From Verrucomicrobiota bacterium (lineage in GTDB: Bacteria > Verrucomicrobiota > Verrucomicrobiia > Limisphaerales > CANJSG01), in NCBI GenBank assembly GCA_038209745.1, contig JBBQXJ010000009.1:10499-74498 (forward strand): a stretch of 64,000 nucleotides of DNA. Direction: 5' to 3'. Below the pieces are notes generated by a model, which saw nothing but the letters and a program-made list of their open reading frames with translations, searched no databases and was not told the DNA's origin. Shown here one piece after another: positions 30,916 to 42,700 of this stretch (position 1 is its first letter; every line of letters starts with the position of its first letter). Both the position numbers and the translations under genes were made by a program.

Positions 30916-32304
30916 TCATTTCGCGGGAGCCGGCATCGCCTCGGCCGGCGCCGGATTCGTCGGTTGCTCCATCTTCACCTCGGTCTTCATCAGGGACCGC
31001 AGCAAGGGCATCCGATTGATGTCGAAGAAGGTGACGTAGAGCATGAACGAAATCAGCAGCAGCGCGCAGGCGGAGGTGGCCCATTCCACGAACTTCGGAC
31101 TGACGGGCTTGCCGCGGATCAGCTCATAGATCGACATGGTGATGTGGCCGCCATCGAGCACAGGAATCGGCAACATGTTCAACACCGCGAGGTTGATGTT
31201 CAGCAGCACGAGAAAGCTCAGTCCGAGGCGGAAGTCCATGCTGACCTGGCTGGCCAAGCCGCCGATGATTCCGACCGGGCCGCTGAGGTCCTTGGCCTTG
31301 ATGCCGGTCTGTTTGGAGTGGACCAACGCATTGATCGTGTTGACCATCTGGTCCCAGACGTTCGCCATCTGCACCCACGGCAACGGGCCCGGGCGCTCAT
31401 CCACCATTTCCACCGTCCGGCTGGCTTCCACCTGGATCTGACCGATGCCTCCGCCGTCCTTGCCCAACGGAGTGACCTTGGTTTCCTGCAGGGATCCGTC
31501 GCGGCGGAACTTTACGAGGCACTCCTGGCCGGCGCTCTTCCGCACCAGGCCGACCATCTGTTCCCAAGTCGCAACCGGCACGCCGGCGAACTGGACCACT
31601 TCGTCGTCCTTCTTCAATCCGGCCTTGTCGGCGGGCCCGTCGGCGATGATCCGGCCGAGCTTGGGATGCATGACCGGATTGAGGCGCAAGAGTTTGCCCG
31701 CAATGGGGCTCGGCTCGGTCTCAAGCTGATAGAGGTTCGTGACCCCGTCGCGTTCGATGGCGACGGGCAGGACATTGGTCAGCGCGAGGATGGAATGCAT
31801 CACCACGTCGGTCCAGGTCTTCACCGGCTTGCCGTCCACGGAGACGATCCGGTCGCCCTGTTTGATGCCGAGCTTGGCCTCGACCGATCCGGGTTCCATG
31901 AAGCCGACCAAGGGCGGATTCTTGGGCGTCGGGATGCCGGTGAAATAGAGGACCGTCGCGATGGCGAAGGCGAAGAGCACGTTCATCACGGGCCCCGCGA
32001 CGGCCACGAGGATCTTGGAAAACGGCGAGGCCGGCGGCAGTTCGTCCTCGGTTTTCCCTTCCAGCGCCTCGGACGTGACCATCTGGGGCAGCTTGACGAA
32101 GCCCCCCGCCGGGATGGCCCGCACGGACCACAGCACCCCGTTCCGGGCCTTCCACGAGAAGAGTTTTGGACCGAACCCGATGGCGAATTCCTCCACCTTC
32201 ATTCCCCGCTTGAGGGCGACCCAGTAGTGGCCGAGTTCGTGCAGGAAGATGGCCGCGCCGAAGAGCAATAGGACCACCAGCGCGATGTAGACGTTGTTCA
32301 GCAT
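30916..32304 (-). CDS. rseP: RIP metalloprotease RseP with tandem PDZ domains
   Basis: HELGH, FAIGFGP, AGP.MN, NMLPIPVLDGG; lies between dxr and ispG. Confidence 0.94.
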   Translation of the reverse strand: MLNNVYIALVVLLLFGAAIFLHELGHYWVALKRGMKVEEFAIGFGPKLFSWKARNGVLWSVRAIPAGGFVKLPQMVTSEALEGKTEDELPPASPFSKILVAVAGPVMNVLFAFAIATVLYFTGIPTPKNPPLVGFMEPGSVEAKLGIKQGDRIVSVDGKPVKTWTDVVMHSILALTNVLPVAIERDGVTNLYQLETEPSPIAGKLLRLNPVMHPKLGRIIADGPADKAGLKKDDEVVQFAGVPVATWEQMVGLVRKSAGQECLVKFRRDGSLQETKVTPLGKDGGGIGQIQVEASRTVEMVDERPGPLPWVQMANVWDQMVNTINALVHSKQTGIKAKDLSGPVGIIGGLASQVSMDFRLGLSFLVLLNINLAVLNMLPIPVLDGGHITMSIYELIRGKPVSPKFVEWATSACALLLISFMLYVTFFDINRMPLLRSLMKTEVKMEQPTNPAPAEAMPAPAK

Positions 32305-32456
32305 GGTTTCGACGGGCTGTAAAAGATGGCGGAACGTATCGGCTCAATCCGGCGGTGGCAATCCGCCCGCTCGAACCTCGGCCGGTATTTGATCCCTCCG
32401 ATGGACCTCAAAAACATTCGTAACACAGGCCCGCTCATCCGAGAAATTACGAAGGA

Positions 32457-33605
32457 TTACAAATTCGTCCCCGCACCGCGGGCCCAACGGTCCGCCGCGA
32501 GAATGTCGTCCAACGTCGGCTGCGCGACCACTTCATGACGATCCATCACGGCCGACACGGCCGCGGTGATCTGCGGGAAGCCAATCTTGCGGTTCAGGAA
32601 GAGGTCCACCGCCACTTCGTTGGCCGCATTGAAGACGGCGGGCAGCGTTCCACCCACTTCACCGGCCCGGCGCGCGAGGTTGATCGCCGGGAAACGGTCG
32701 GTGTCCGGTTCCTCGAAAGTCAGGGTGCCGATGCCGGCGAAGTTCGTCTGGACGCGGTCGCTGCCCGACCGGCCCGGATAGGTCAGCGCGTATTGGATCG
32801 GCAGGCACATGTCGGGCGTGGACATCTGCGCGAGGATGGAGCCGTCCACGAATTCGACCATCGAGTGGACGATGCTCTGGGGATGGACCACGACCTTCAC
32901 CCGCGCCATCTCGACGTCGAAGAGCCAGCGCGCCTCGATCATCTCCAGCCCTTTGTTGAAGAGCGTGGCGCTGTCGATCGTGATCTTGCGGCCCATGACC
33001 CAGCTCGGGTGTTTCAGCGCCTTTTCGACCGTGATCCCGGCGAAGGTCTCCTTCGGCCAGAGCGTCTTGTCGCGGAACGGCCCACCCGAGGCGGTCAGCC
33101 AGAGATTGCGGACGCTGGAGGACGGCTTGCCGTCGAGGCACTGGAAGATGGCGGAATGTTCGCTGTCGACGGCCAGCACCTTCACCCCGTGCTTGCGGGC
33201 CTCGCCCATGACGATCTCGCCGGCCATGACGAGGATCTCCTTCGATGCGACCGCGATGTCCTTGCCGGCGCGGATCGCGGCCAAAGCGGGCTGGAGCCCG
33301 GCGGTGCCGACAATGGCGATGAGGACGACGTCGGCCTCGGGCAAGGTGGCGAGCTTCAACAGGCCTTCGTCGCCGCAGTGGACTTCGGCGCTGCCGCCGA
33401 GCGCGGCCTTCACGCCGGCGACCTTGGCGGGGTCGTTGATCGAGACCTGGGCGACGCCGAACTTCTTGGCCTGTTCGACGAGCAGGCCGGCGTTGCCGCC
33501 GGCGGCGAGACCGACGAGGCGGACTTCACCCGGCAGATCTTCGACGACCTTGGTGGTGCTGGTGCCGATGGAACCGGTGGAGCCTAGGAGGACGACATTC
33601 TTCAT
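32457..33605 (-). CDS. dxr: 1-deoxy-D-xylulose-5-phosphate reductoisomerase
   Basis: LGSTGSIG, VDSEHSAIFQ, LTASGGPF, HPSWVMGRKITIDSAT, NKGLE, NAANE. Confidence 0.98.
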   Translation of the reverse strand: MKNVVLLGSTGSIGTSTTKVVEDLPGEVRLVGLAAGGNAGLLVEQAKKFGVAQVSINDPAKVAGVKAALGGSAEVHCGDEGLLKLATLPEADVVLIAIVGTAGLQPALAAIRAGKDIAVASKEILVMAGEIVMGEARKHGVKVLAVDSEHSAIFQCLDGKPSSSVRNLWLTASGGPFRDKTLWPKETFAGITVEKALKHPSWVMGRKITIDSATLFNKGLEMIEARWLFDVEMARVKVVVHPQSIVHSMVEFVDGSILAQMSTPDMCLPIQYALTYPGRSGSDRVQTNFAGIGTLTFEEPDTDRFPAINLARRAGEVGGTLPAVFNAANEVAVDLFLNRKIGFPQITAAVSAVMDRHEVVAQPTLDDILAADRWARGAGTNL

Positions 33606-33619
33606 TCGGAATGGCTGCT

Positions 33620-34549
33620 TCAGTGCGTCAACACGTGGCGCAGGTAGAGATACATGAGGGGAGCGTTGAAAAGCAGGCTGTCGAGCAGGTCGAGGATGCC
33701 GTCGATGCCCGGGAAGAGCTTGCCGGAATCCTTCAGGCCGGCTTCACGCTTGAAGAGCGATTCGATCAGGTCGCCGATGACGGCGGAAACGCTGAGGACC
33801 ACGCCAAGGATCAACGCATGGATCCAGGTCATTCCGTAGAGCCTGGGTCCGGCCAAGTAGGCGAAAATCAGGCTGGTGGCCGTCGAGACGACGATCGCGC
33901 CGCCGAAGCCTTCCCACGTTTTGCCCGGGCTGATGCGCGGGATCATCTTGTGTTTGCCGATGAGCGACCCGACGCAATACGCGCCCATGTCGCTGAACTT
34001 CGTCACCAGGATGAAGTAGAGAATATAGTAGCTCCCCTGCACTCCCGGGACCGGGAAGAACTGGATCTTCTGGATGAAGTTCAGCAACCACGGGACATAC
34101 ATCAGACCGAAGAGCGTCGTGGACACCGCGAGGATGCCGTCGGAGTTCGCCTTGGCCACGAACTGCCGGATACAGAGGCCCAGCACAAAGATGATGAGGA
34201 TCACGGCTTCGAAGTCGCCGGCGCGGCTGGGTCCGTCGATTTTCTGGAAAAGCCCGGAAGAGCGGAAGAACGTCGCCAGCATGAGCAACACTCCCGCCGC
34301 GATGCCCCAGCTCTTGAAGCAGACCAACCCTCGTTTCTCCACCATCCCGTAGAACTCGACCAGCCCGGTGACGGCCAGAAAGATCATGAAGGCCACGAAA
34401 ACCCATCCGGAAACGAACGGATTGCCCGAGAAGAGCGCCGTCAGCACCACCGTCCACAGGATCAGCGAGCTGGTGAGTCGGCGCGCGAAAACCTTCGCCT
34501 TGGACGGAGCAGGCGCGGCGGCGGGCGGGATTGCGGGCTGAGCGGACAC
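33620..34549 (-). CDS. cdsA: Phosphatidate cytidylyltransferase
   Basis: Multi-TM; SD.GAY..G...GKHK..PRISPGKTWEG, GDLIES..KR....KDSG...PG..G.LD..DS. Confidence 0.94.
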   Translation of the reverse strand: MSAQPAIPPAAAPAPSKAKVFARRLTSSLILWTVVLTALFSGNPFVSGWVFVAFMIFLAVTGLVEFYGMVEKRGLVCFKSWGIAAGVLLMLATFFRSSGLFQKIDGPSRAGDFEAVILIIFVLGLCIRQFVAKANSDGILAVSTTLFGLMYVPWLLNFIQKIQFFPVPGVQGSYYILYFILVTKFSDMGAYCVGSLIGKHKMIPRISPGKTWEGFGGAIVVSTATSLIFAYLAGPRLYGMTWIHALILGVVLSVSAVIGDLIESLFKREAGLKDSGKLFPGIDGILDLLDSLLFNAPLMYLYLRHVLTH

Positions 34550-34601
34550 GCGGGGCTTTTATGAAACGGTCCGCGCCAGGTCGAGGCTGGAAAACGAGCG
34601 G

Positions 34602-35585
34602 CTACCGCCAATCGTCCAGCGCGAAGATCCCGGGCCGGGAATAACCCGGTCTGCCGTCCTTGTGCATCGCAAGCCCCTGGACCTGGGTACGGAAGCCCTT
34701 GGCGAGCATCTGGCGATAGGCTTCTTCGCGGCCCGTGTTGATGCCGGCCTCGACAACCTTGAGCCCGTGTTGGACGGCGAGGGCATCACAGGCGTCGAGC
34801 AGTTGTTCGAAGATCCACCAGGCGCGCGGTCCCGGTTGGACGGCGGCGAATTTCACATAGCACGCCTCGGGCCCGCCCTCGCTGCCGGTGCCAAAGTGGC
34901 AGACCGCCACCGCGTCCGCTCCCGCCGCGCCATGGAGCACGATCGTTTCCCCGAGCTTCTGCTTGTAGACGGAAACGATCTCCTCACCCACGTCCATGCC
35001 TTCGAAGACCCGCTCGGTCAGCGCCCGACAGGACAGGAGCGCGTCTGCCTGGGTCTCGGCATCCATCTTCGAAAAGACGGAGTGCTCCGGAAGCCGGGTC
35101 TCACCGCGCGGCACCCGGGTCATGATCGCCGTCAGAAACCGCGGCCAGAATCCAAACCTTTGGTAGAGACCGACGTGCTTGGTGCTCCCAGGAAAGGTGA
35201 ACAGACCCAGAAAGGGGCACTTCCAGCGGGCGAAATCGTCCATCGCCGCTTCCATCAACCGACGCCCGACCCCTTGGTCCCAGCATTGGGGATGCACCGT
35301 CAACGGACCCAAAAAGCCAATGCTGCCCCAGCGATTGGCCACGCCGGAACCGACGATGCGGCCACCCGTCTCGGCCACGGTGAATCCATCCGGATTCCAA
35401 CGCCAACGCGGGCCGATAAGGTCGCGACCCGCCGCGAACCGAAGCGGCTCGGGCAATCCAAGGTAGGTGCCGAAGGCGAGCCGGAAGACCTGATCGACGT
35501 CGGGAAGATCGGCTTCGACCAATGGCCGGGACGAAACAACCAGCCGGTCCGGCGACGATGTTGCAACGGCGATTGGGGCGGGCAT
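34602..35585 (-). CDS. GNAT-family N-acetyltransferase (tandem GNAT)
   Basis: GPLTVHP..WDQGVGRRL acetyl-CoA motif, LYQRFGF, second GNAT-like half. Confidence 0.8.
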   Translation of the reverse strand: MPAPIAVATSSPDRLVVSSRPLVEADLPDVDQVFRLAFGTYLGLPEPLRFAAGRDLIGPRWRWNPDGFTVAETGGRIVGSGVANRWGSIGFLGPLTVHPQCWDQGVGRRLMEAAMDDFARWKCPFLGLFTFPGSTKHVGLYQRFGFWPRFLTAIMTRVPRGETRLPEHSVFSKMDAETQADALLSCRALTERVFEGMDVGEEIVSVYKQKLGETIVLHGAAGADAVAVCHFGTGSEGGPEACYVKFAAVQPGPRAWWIFEQLLDACDALAVQHGLKVVEAGINTGREEAYRQMLAKGFRTQVQGLAMHKDGRPGYSRPGIFALDDWR

Positions 35586-35639
35586 GGCTGGACTCCCGGT
35601 TCGAGGTGCCTTTAAGCGGGGATTGGACCACCCAGACGG

Positions 35640-36185
35640 CTATTCCAGGCCAAGAACACGCCGACCCTGCTCGGTGATCATCGACTGGTGCCAGGCCGGT
35701 TCCCAGACGATCTCGACGCTGGCTTCCTCGACGTTGGGCAGGGTCAGGATCTTCTGCTGCGCGTCGCCGGCGATGGTCGCTCCCATGCCGCAACCGGGCG
35801 CGGTGAGCGTCATCTTCACGAAGACCTTGCTGCCACCGGCGGCGCCGGGCTCGAGGACCAGGTCGTAGACCAGCCCGAGGTCGACGATGTTGACCGGGAT
35901 TTCGGGGTCGTAGCAGGATTTGAGCGCTTCCCAGACGGCCTTTTCATCGGCCGGCCCGTCATAGTTGGCCGGGTTCACGGTGGATTCCTCCAGCGTAAGC
36001 CCCAGCGCGTCCGCGTCCTTGCCGGAGATCCGGAAAAGGCCATGCGGCGCATGGACGGTGTAGGTGCCGCCCAGCGTCTGGGTGATGTCCACCGGGGTGC
36101 CCTTGGGCAGGATCATCGTGGCGCCCACGGGGATCTGGACCCCCTCGCAATCGCGGGTCAATTCGACGGAAGTGATCTGTTGCAT
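35640..36185 (-). CDS. sufT: Putative Fe-S cluster assembly protein SufT (DUF59)
   Basis: ITQTLGGTYTV, YDPEIPVNIVDLGLVY, MTLTAPGCGMG, VWEPAW. Confidence 0.88.
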   Translation of the reverse strand: MQQITSVELTRDCEGVQIPVGATMILPKGTPVDITQTLGGTYTVHAPHGLFRISGKDADALGLTLEESTVNPANYDGPADEKAVWEALKSCYDPEIPVNIVDLGLVYDLVLEPGAAGGSKVFVKMTLTAPGCGMGATIAGDAQQKILTLPNVEEASVEIVWEPAWHQSMITEQGRRVLGLE

Positions 36186-36310
36186 AGTCTTCGGGGCCGA
36201 ACCTAACGGCGGCCGGGCGGAAGGCAAAAGCGGAATTCAAAAACGACGCACGAAGGCCACCAGCGGAACCTCGATGGAGACACGACCGCAACGCCCGGCT
36301 TCGCCCTCCC

Positions 36311-36634
36311 TCAGTATCTGGGCGTGGTCGGATCGGCCTCCAGCGACCACCGATCGATCCCGCCGGTGAGATTGAGCAGCTTGGCGAAACCCATCTGCCG
36401 CAGCAGCCCGATGGCATGCAGGCTCCGCACGCCATGGTGGCAATAGACGACCACTTCCGCGTCTTTCCACGCCTCGATCTCGGCGGCCCGATCCATCAAT
36501 TCTCCCAGGGGAATCAAAGTGGATCCAGGCAGGGCGGCCAGGGCGTGTTCGTCCGGTTCCCTGACATCCAACAGGTGCGGCGGCGCCGAAATTTTGAGTC
36601 GTTCGGCCAATTGGGTCGGGGTCAGGCTGCTCAT
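36311..36634 (-). CDS. Single-domain rhodanese
   Basis: LLDVREPDE, VVYCHHGVRS, NLTGGIDRW, DP..PRY. Confidence 0.9.
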   Translation of the reverse strand: MSSLTPTQLAERLKISAPPHLLDVREPDEHALAALPGSTLIPLGELMDRAAEIEAWKDAEVVVYCHHGVRSLHAIGLLRQMGFAKLLNLTGGIDRWSLEADPTTPRY

Positions 36635-36725
36635 CGCGGAAGGGTGCCGCCAGAGCGGCCCCCGGGCAATGCATCGATGCTCGGCGCCCCCGAAACCCAA
36701 GTCCGGTGGACAGGGCGAACCAACG

Positions 36726-39700
36726 TCAGGCTCCCAAATCTGCCAACACGGACTGGAGAAAGCTGGCCGCACCCGGGAGAACTCTCGCGATATCGTCCAT
36801 CCGGGCGTTCAACGACTGAACCACCTCGGCCGAATTCCAGTCCACCAATCGGCGATACCATTGGAGAAAGGCCTGGTTCAGATCGGCGACGTCCGCGGGC
36901 GATGGCCGGAAACCGTCGACTGCCACCCATCGACAGACCAGCCAGGCTGCCCGGTTGGACGCGGAAGTCTCCGTGCCGAGAGCGGCGAACAAAGGCAGAG
37001 CCTCGGCCGGCCGACCTGCGAGCAGAAGCGCTTCAGCCCGGCGAGCCTTCAGCTCCTCGTCGTCCGGGTGCTGCTCCCGCGCCGAACCCGTCCAATCCAA
37101 CGCCACCTCGAGCACCTCCGGTCGATTCAAGGCGATGGCCGCGCCCAACCGCCACGCCGCGACGTCGTCCGGCGACGTCTGGACCACCTCGTAGATCAAG
37201 GTCAGAGCCCGGCCGTAATCCCCTTCCCCCGCTTCGAAGCGCGCGAAATCCATGGTGACCGGCTTGGCCCCGGGACTCCGTTGCAGGGCCAGGGCGAACG
37301 CGTCCCGGGCGGCCGCCGGTTGCTTGGCCGCGACCCGCGCAAGCGCCAGACAATGTTCCGGAGCGCAGGTCTGCAGATCACGATGCATGGGCGTCAACCC
37401 CGGCACGTCCCGCGCGGCGAGACAGGCCTCGAGCTCCCTCACCGAGAGCTCCAAGTCGCCCGTCCGCAGCGCGGCAAATCCGAGCATGTAGTGCATGGAG
37501 GGAGAAAGGGGGCCCTTCGCCATCAGCGGCTGGTGCCGGATGGCCAACAGGTCCTCAAACCGGCCGGCATCCTTCAGGATGGCCAGCCACTGGGTCAGGA
37601 TCACTTCACGCAGTTCGGGCACGATCTGGTCCGGCGCCTGGGCGCCGAGCAGTTCCGCCGCTTCGCTGTAGCGGACGAGACCGGCTTCAAGCTTTCCGGA
37701 CCGCACCAGCTCCAACCCGTGGTTGAAGGTCAGGTTCGCGTCGCCCGGGATCTCCTTCATCGCCTCTTCCAGCAGGCGGAGATTGCGCTCCACCTTGTTG
37801 CGGTCGCGGGTCAGCTCCTCGGTGTAGCCGTGGTGCAGGAGACGGGTTTTGCCGAGCTTGTTGTCCAGACCCCACTCGGCCCGTCGGACCTCGATGCTGG
37901 TAAAGACCTGCTCATGGACGCGGCCCACGTAGAAGAGCGCGGGCGCATTGCGGAACAACCGGGGCACATGGCTCACGCCGTCCGCTTCCTTGCCCACGTT
38001 GATGAGCGGCAAACGCCAGGCCATCGTCCCGGCTTCGGCCATCTCCGCATGGATCGTGGCCTTGTGCTCCGGCATCAGTTCCTCGTCGGCGTCGAGCACC
38101 AGGATCCAGTCGCCCGTCGCCAACTCCAGAGCCGCGTTGCGCGCGGCGCTGAAGTCGTGGGACCACTCGAAATATCCGAGCTTCGCGCCGAAGCTCCTGG
38201 CGATCTCGACGGTCCGGTCGGTCGAACCGGTGTCCACCACCACGATCTCGTCGGCGAGATCCTTGACCGAGGCGAGGCACTGGCCGAGGAACCGTTCTTC
38301 ATTCTTGGCGATGAGGCAGACGGTGAGGCGCGGCTTGTCCGACACAACGGGCAAAGGCCAATCCAGGGTTTGTTTGCCCGAGCGCTTCTCGAGCGACTGG
38401 GCGAACTGCTGGACCGGCTTCCAATCCGGGACCAAAGTCACTCCGCGAGCGGCGCACCTCCGTGCGAGTCCGACGTCTCCGGCCTCATCGGCGATCTGGC
38501 CGAGCAGGAGCCAGCCTTCTGGATGAAACGGCCGGGCCGCGATCGCCGCGGAAACGAGCTCCCACGCCTTGCGCAGCTTCTTCGACCGGATGGCATCGCG
38601 CGCGTCGCCGATGTGGCCGACCCACGCCGCTTTGGACAGCACGAGACGTTTCTCGGGACCCGTCTTCGGCAGCGGCCTGGCGGCAAGGACACGGATTCGG
38701 TCCACGACACGGCCCGCCATTTGTTCCCAGGAATACTTCTTCCGGGCCACAGCCGCTCCAGCGATCCCACGAGCCCTGGCCTCGTCGGGCCGGGCCACCA
38801 CGGTCTTGAGGATCCGGACCAGATCATCGACATCCGGCTCCAGCCACCATCCGTTGCCCACCAACGGCATCTTGCCGACGGCGTCGCCCAGCATCCGCTT
38901 TTGCGCGCGCAGCAGCCAACCGCATTCCTCCGTCACGAAATCATCGGTCGCTCCGCCGCGAGTCACCACGACGGGAAGCCCGCAAGCCATGGCCTCCAGC
39001 ACCGGCAGGCCGAAGCCCTCGCCGCGATACGGATGCACCAGACAGTCGCACGCCGCATACAACCCGGGCATGTCTTCGGGCGCCATTTCCTGGTCGAGAT
39101 ACAGGATCTCCGGCGCATCCGGCTGTTGCCGGGCCGCCTCGATCTCATGGCTGAACGTCATGCCCTGGTAGACGGAAGCGCCCCCGAAATCCTTGATCAC
39201 GAGGCAGACGTCGTCCGCTGCGGTGAACGCCCGGAGATAGCCTTTCAACAGCACGTCCGGACCCTTCCGTCCGATCGTTCCACCGACGAAGAGGAGCTTG
39301 GTTTTCTTCCTGGTCGCCAAGGGGAGCGGAGTCGCTCCCGGATGGTAGGCCGTCACGTCCACCGCATTCGGCACCACCACCACTTTGTGCGGAGCGACGC
39401 CGGAATCGACGTAGACGCGGCGGACATGGTTTGAAGGCACCCAGAACTCGTCCACATGCCGCGATGCCTCGGCCCATTCCTTGGGCAAGGAGCCGAATTC
39501 CCAGGGCTGGATGACGACCAGCGCGCCGGTTTTCGGGCGGCTCCAGTCGGGCGGCCACTGGTGGCGCACGGTGATGCGGACGTCGTTCGCCGCCTTGGGA
39601 CGCAGCTCCTTCGACAACGCCTGCAAGCCGGCGTCCTTCGCCGGAGTCCCCTGCAAGGCTGCGCTCCCGACGCGGAACAGCGCGATCTCGGGACGTTGGG

Positions 39701-42700
39701 CGAGCACGGCGGTCAGAGACCGGTTGATGCCCGACAGGCTGCCGTAGTCCAGATAGGAGCCTTCCCAACTGACCCGAACCGGCGGTCCCTTGTGGGCAAG
39801 CGCCGCCTTTTCCAGAGCGCGGACGAACGGCGGCGTGACGACCGCCGGCCCATAGATGCACTCCATGAAAAGAGCCCCGGCCCGGCCCATTTCTCGGCGG
39901 CGGTCTTCGGGCAGTTCGTAGGCGGCACGCAGCGCACGCCGCACGTCCTCGACCCGCAGCAGCGGCAGGTCACGGCCCCGGTGATGGGGCTGATATTGGA
40001 GCATCTCCTCGGTCATCGGACGCTTCAGAACGGGATCGACCGGGATGACCACCGTGCTCTCGCAATAGGGCAGCGCCGCTCCGTAGCCGTCGGGAATGAC
40101 CGCGATCTTGCCGCGGACGAACGCCTCGCCCACCGGCGCGGTGAGGGTCGTGTCGGTCGAAACGTAGGCGTCGCAGGAATCGATCACCCGGCAGATGCCG
40201 GCCCGCGTTCCCAGATCCTCGTCGAGAATGATCGGCGTCGAGGAACCGGTCTTGGCCCGGAGCGACTCGATCAAATTTCGCAGGTCCCGCGCCGGCTGGC
40301 CGCTGACGGGATGCCATGATGGATAGTTGACCTTGAGGCAGAGCTCGACGTCGGGCGCGTCCTTGAACTCGGCCAGGAACGCCTCGATCAACGCATCCCA
40401 ACGGCGTCGCGGCTGGAACATCGCGACGCAGAGGAAGCGGAACTTCGCGCCCGTTTCTCGGGGCATGGGCGCGGGCAGCGCCGCATTTGCAATCCACGGA
40501 TGCGGACACTTCAGGACCTGGATCTTGGCCTTGGGAACCCCGGCGGCGACGAAGCGTTCGGCCTCCTTGTCGGTCTGGAGCCAGAGCTGGTCCATCTCGT
40601 TGCAGACGGCGACCCATTCCGGAGGCGGCTTCAGCCCCTGGGCCGTGCCGTCGAAGGTCGTGAAAAGGATCCGGGCGCTGTTCGGCGGCAGCGAAACCTT
40701 CAGCCATTCCGGTGTCGCCACGTGGAAGAAGACCGCGACCACCGGCTGGGTCACGGGAGTCTTTTCCAGCGAACGCAACCACTCCAGATCGCAGTCGTCC
40801 ACTCCCTCTTCGACGCCGTCCACCGGCATGATCCGCAGCTTGATCCCCACCGCGCTCCAAGCGGCGGCGAGACAACGCGCGGCCACGCCGTAGCCGCTGC
40901 GGTTATAGAAGGGCGCGAACATGACCACGGTGGGACCGTCCGCCTTCGCCAGATTCATCGACGCGCCCACCGCTGTTTGCGCGGTCGGGGTGCGAAGACT
41001 CGGAGCCGCCAGCGTCGTTCTCATTTGCTCGACGACCCGGTCCGCCACTCCGGACCAGGCGCGGTCGCGCCGGATCGCGACGCCCGCACGCCGCCCGAGA
41101 TCGGCCGCCTCGTCTCCGTTTTGCACGACGTGGCGCAGCCGTTCCTCCAAAGCCTTCTGGTCCACCTCCGCATGGACCCGTTCGCCGGTGACCCGCCAGT
41201 GGCCGACCACGGCCTGCTTCTGGGAGACGATCTTTGCCGGCACCAGATAGGCGTTCTCCGCCGACACGAATTCCCGCACGCCGCCGAAGTCCGTGGTGAT
41301 CACGGGCCGGCCGCAGGCCATCGCCTCCAGCGCGGCCAGGTTGAAGCTCGCCGTGCGGTGCGGCAGCACCAGGCAATCGCAGGCCACATAGAGCCCGGCC
41401 AGCTCCTGCTCCGACAACATCCGGGGAATGTATTCGATCTGCGGGCAGCGCGGATTGGCGATGCATTCGCCGATCATCTTCTCCAGATGCAGCCGGGCGT
41501 AGTAGTCCCCGCAATCCATGTCCTTCACCACCAGGCAGACGTCGTCCCGGTCTTTGAAGACCCGGAGGTAGGCCGCCAACAGGACATCGAATCCTCGGCG
41601 GCGGGAGGTCTCGCCGACGAACAGGAACTTGAACCGCTTCCCGGTTTTCAAGGGAAAGGGAGCGGCCTCGGGATGAAAAACCTTCGGATCGACCCCCATC
41701 GGCACTACCGCCAACCGGGCCGCGTCCACTCCGCCGGCCAGGAACTGGTCGCGGACGAATCCACTGGGCACCCAGACACGGTCGACCCCTTCGTTGATCG
41801 GCCGGACCCAGTCGGTCGGGATCGGCCCCGACCACCAGGAGCTTCCGAGGATCTGCCGCTTGGCGGCGAGTTCGTTGAAAACCGGATGCCAGCGACAGGA
41901 CACGTTCACATCCATCCCGCCCGGGAGTGGCTGGTGAAACCTCGACGCCAACGTGCGGAATCCGGGGGACGCGGCCAGGTCCAGCTCCTCGATGTGGAAC
42001 GGACCGTTCCCCGGCGTCAGGGAGACATGGTGTCCCCGCCGGACCAGTTCCAGCCCGACCTCGCGGTTCCATTTCGGAATCTTGCCATGGAACAGCTGGA
42101 GGCCGCCCCAGTGGATGTTCAGCGCCTTCTCCGGAGACGCCGGTTCCAAGGAACCGCCGGCCACCACTTCCACGACCGGACGCCGGGTTTCAGCCTGCGC
42201 TTTGCGGATGAGATCGATCATCGCGGGAGCCGTCGCCTCGTAGGAATACCGCTCGCGCATGTAGTCCATCGCTCCGCCGACCATCTGCTTGCGCTCCTCC
42301 GGGCCCAGGGCAAAAACACGCCTCAAAGCCCTGCGCATCTCCGGCACTTCGAGCGTGGCAAAGGTCGCCCCCTTCTGGTGCGGCATGTATTCGGCCATCT
42401 CGGCCGTGATCGCCACGCGACCGGAGCCGTTGGGCACGACGACGGCCTGCGGCGGCAAGTCCACGCCCCAACCGTCGGTGATGATCACGGGAAGATTGCG
42501 CACCATCGCCTCGGTCACCGGCGCGGTATGGGTCGTGTCCGGAGACACGTAGGCATGGCATTGGTCGATCAGCCGGGCCAACTCCTTCCGCGTGCCGAGC
42601 GCTTCATCGATGACGACGCTGGCCTTGGAGGACGTTTCCCGGCGGAGCCGTTCGACCAGGGCTTCAAGATCCTTCTTGGGCTTGCCGGGCACCGGGTGCC

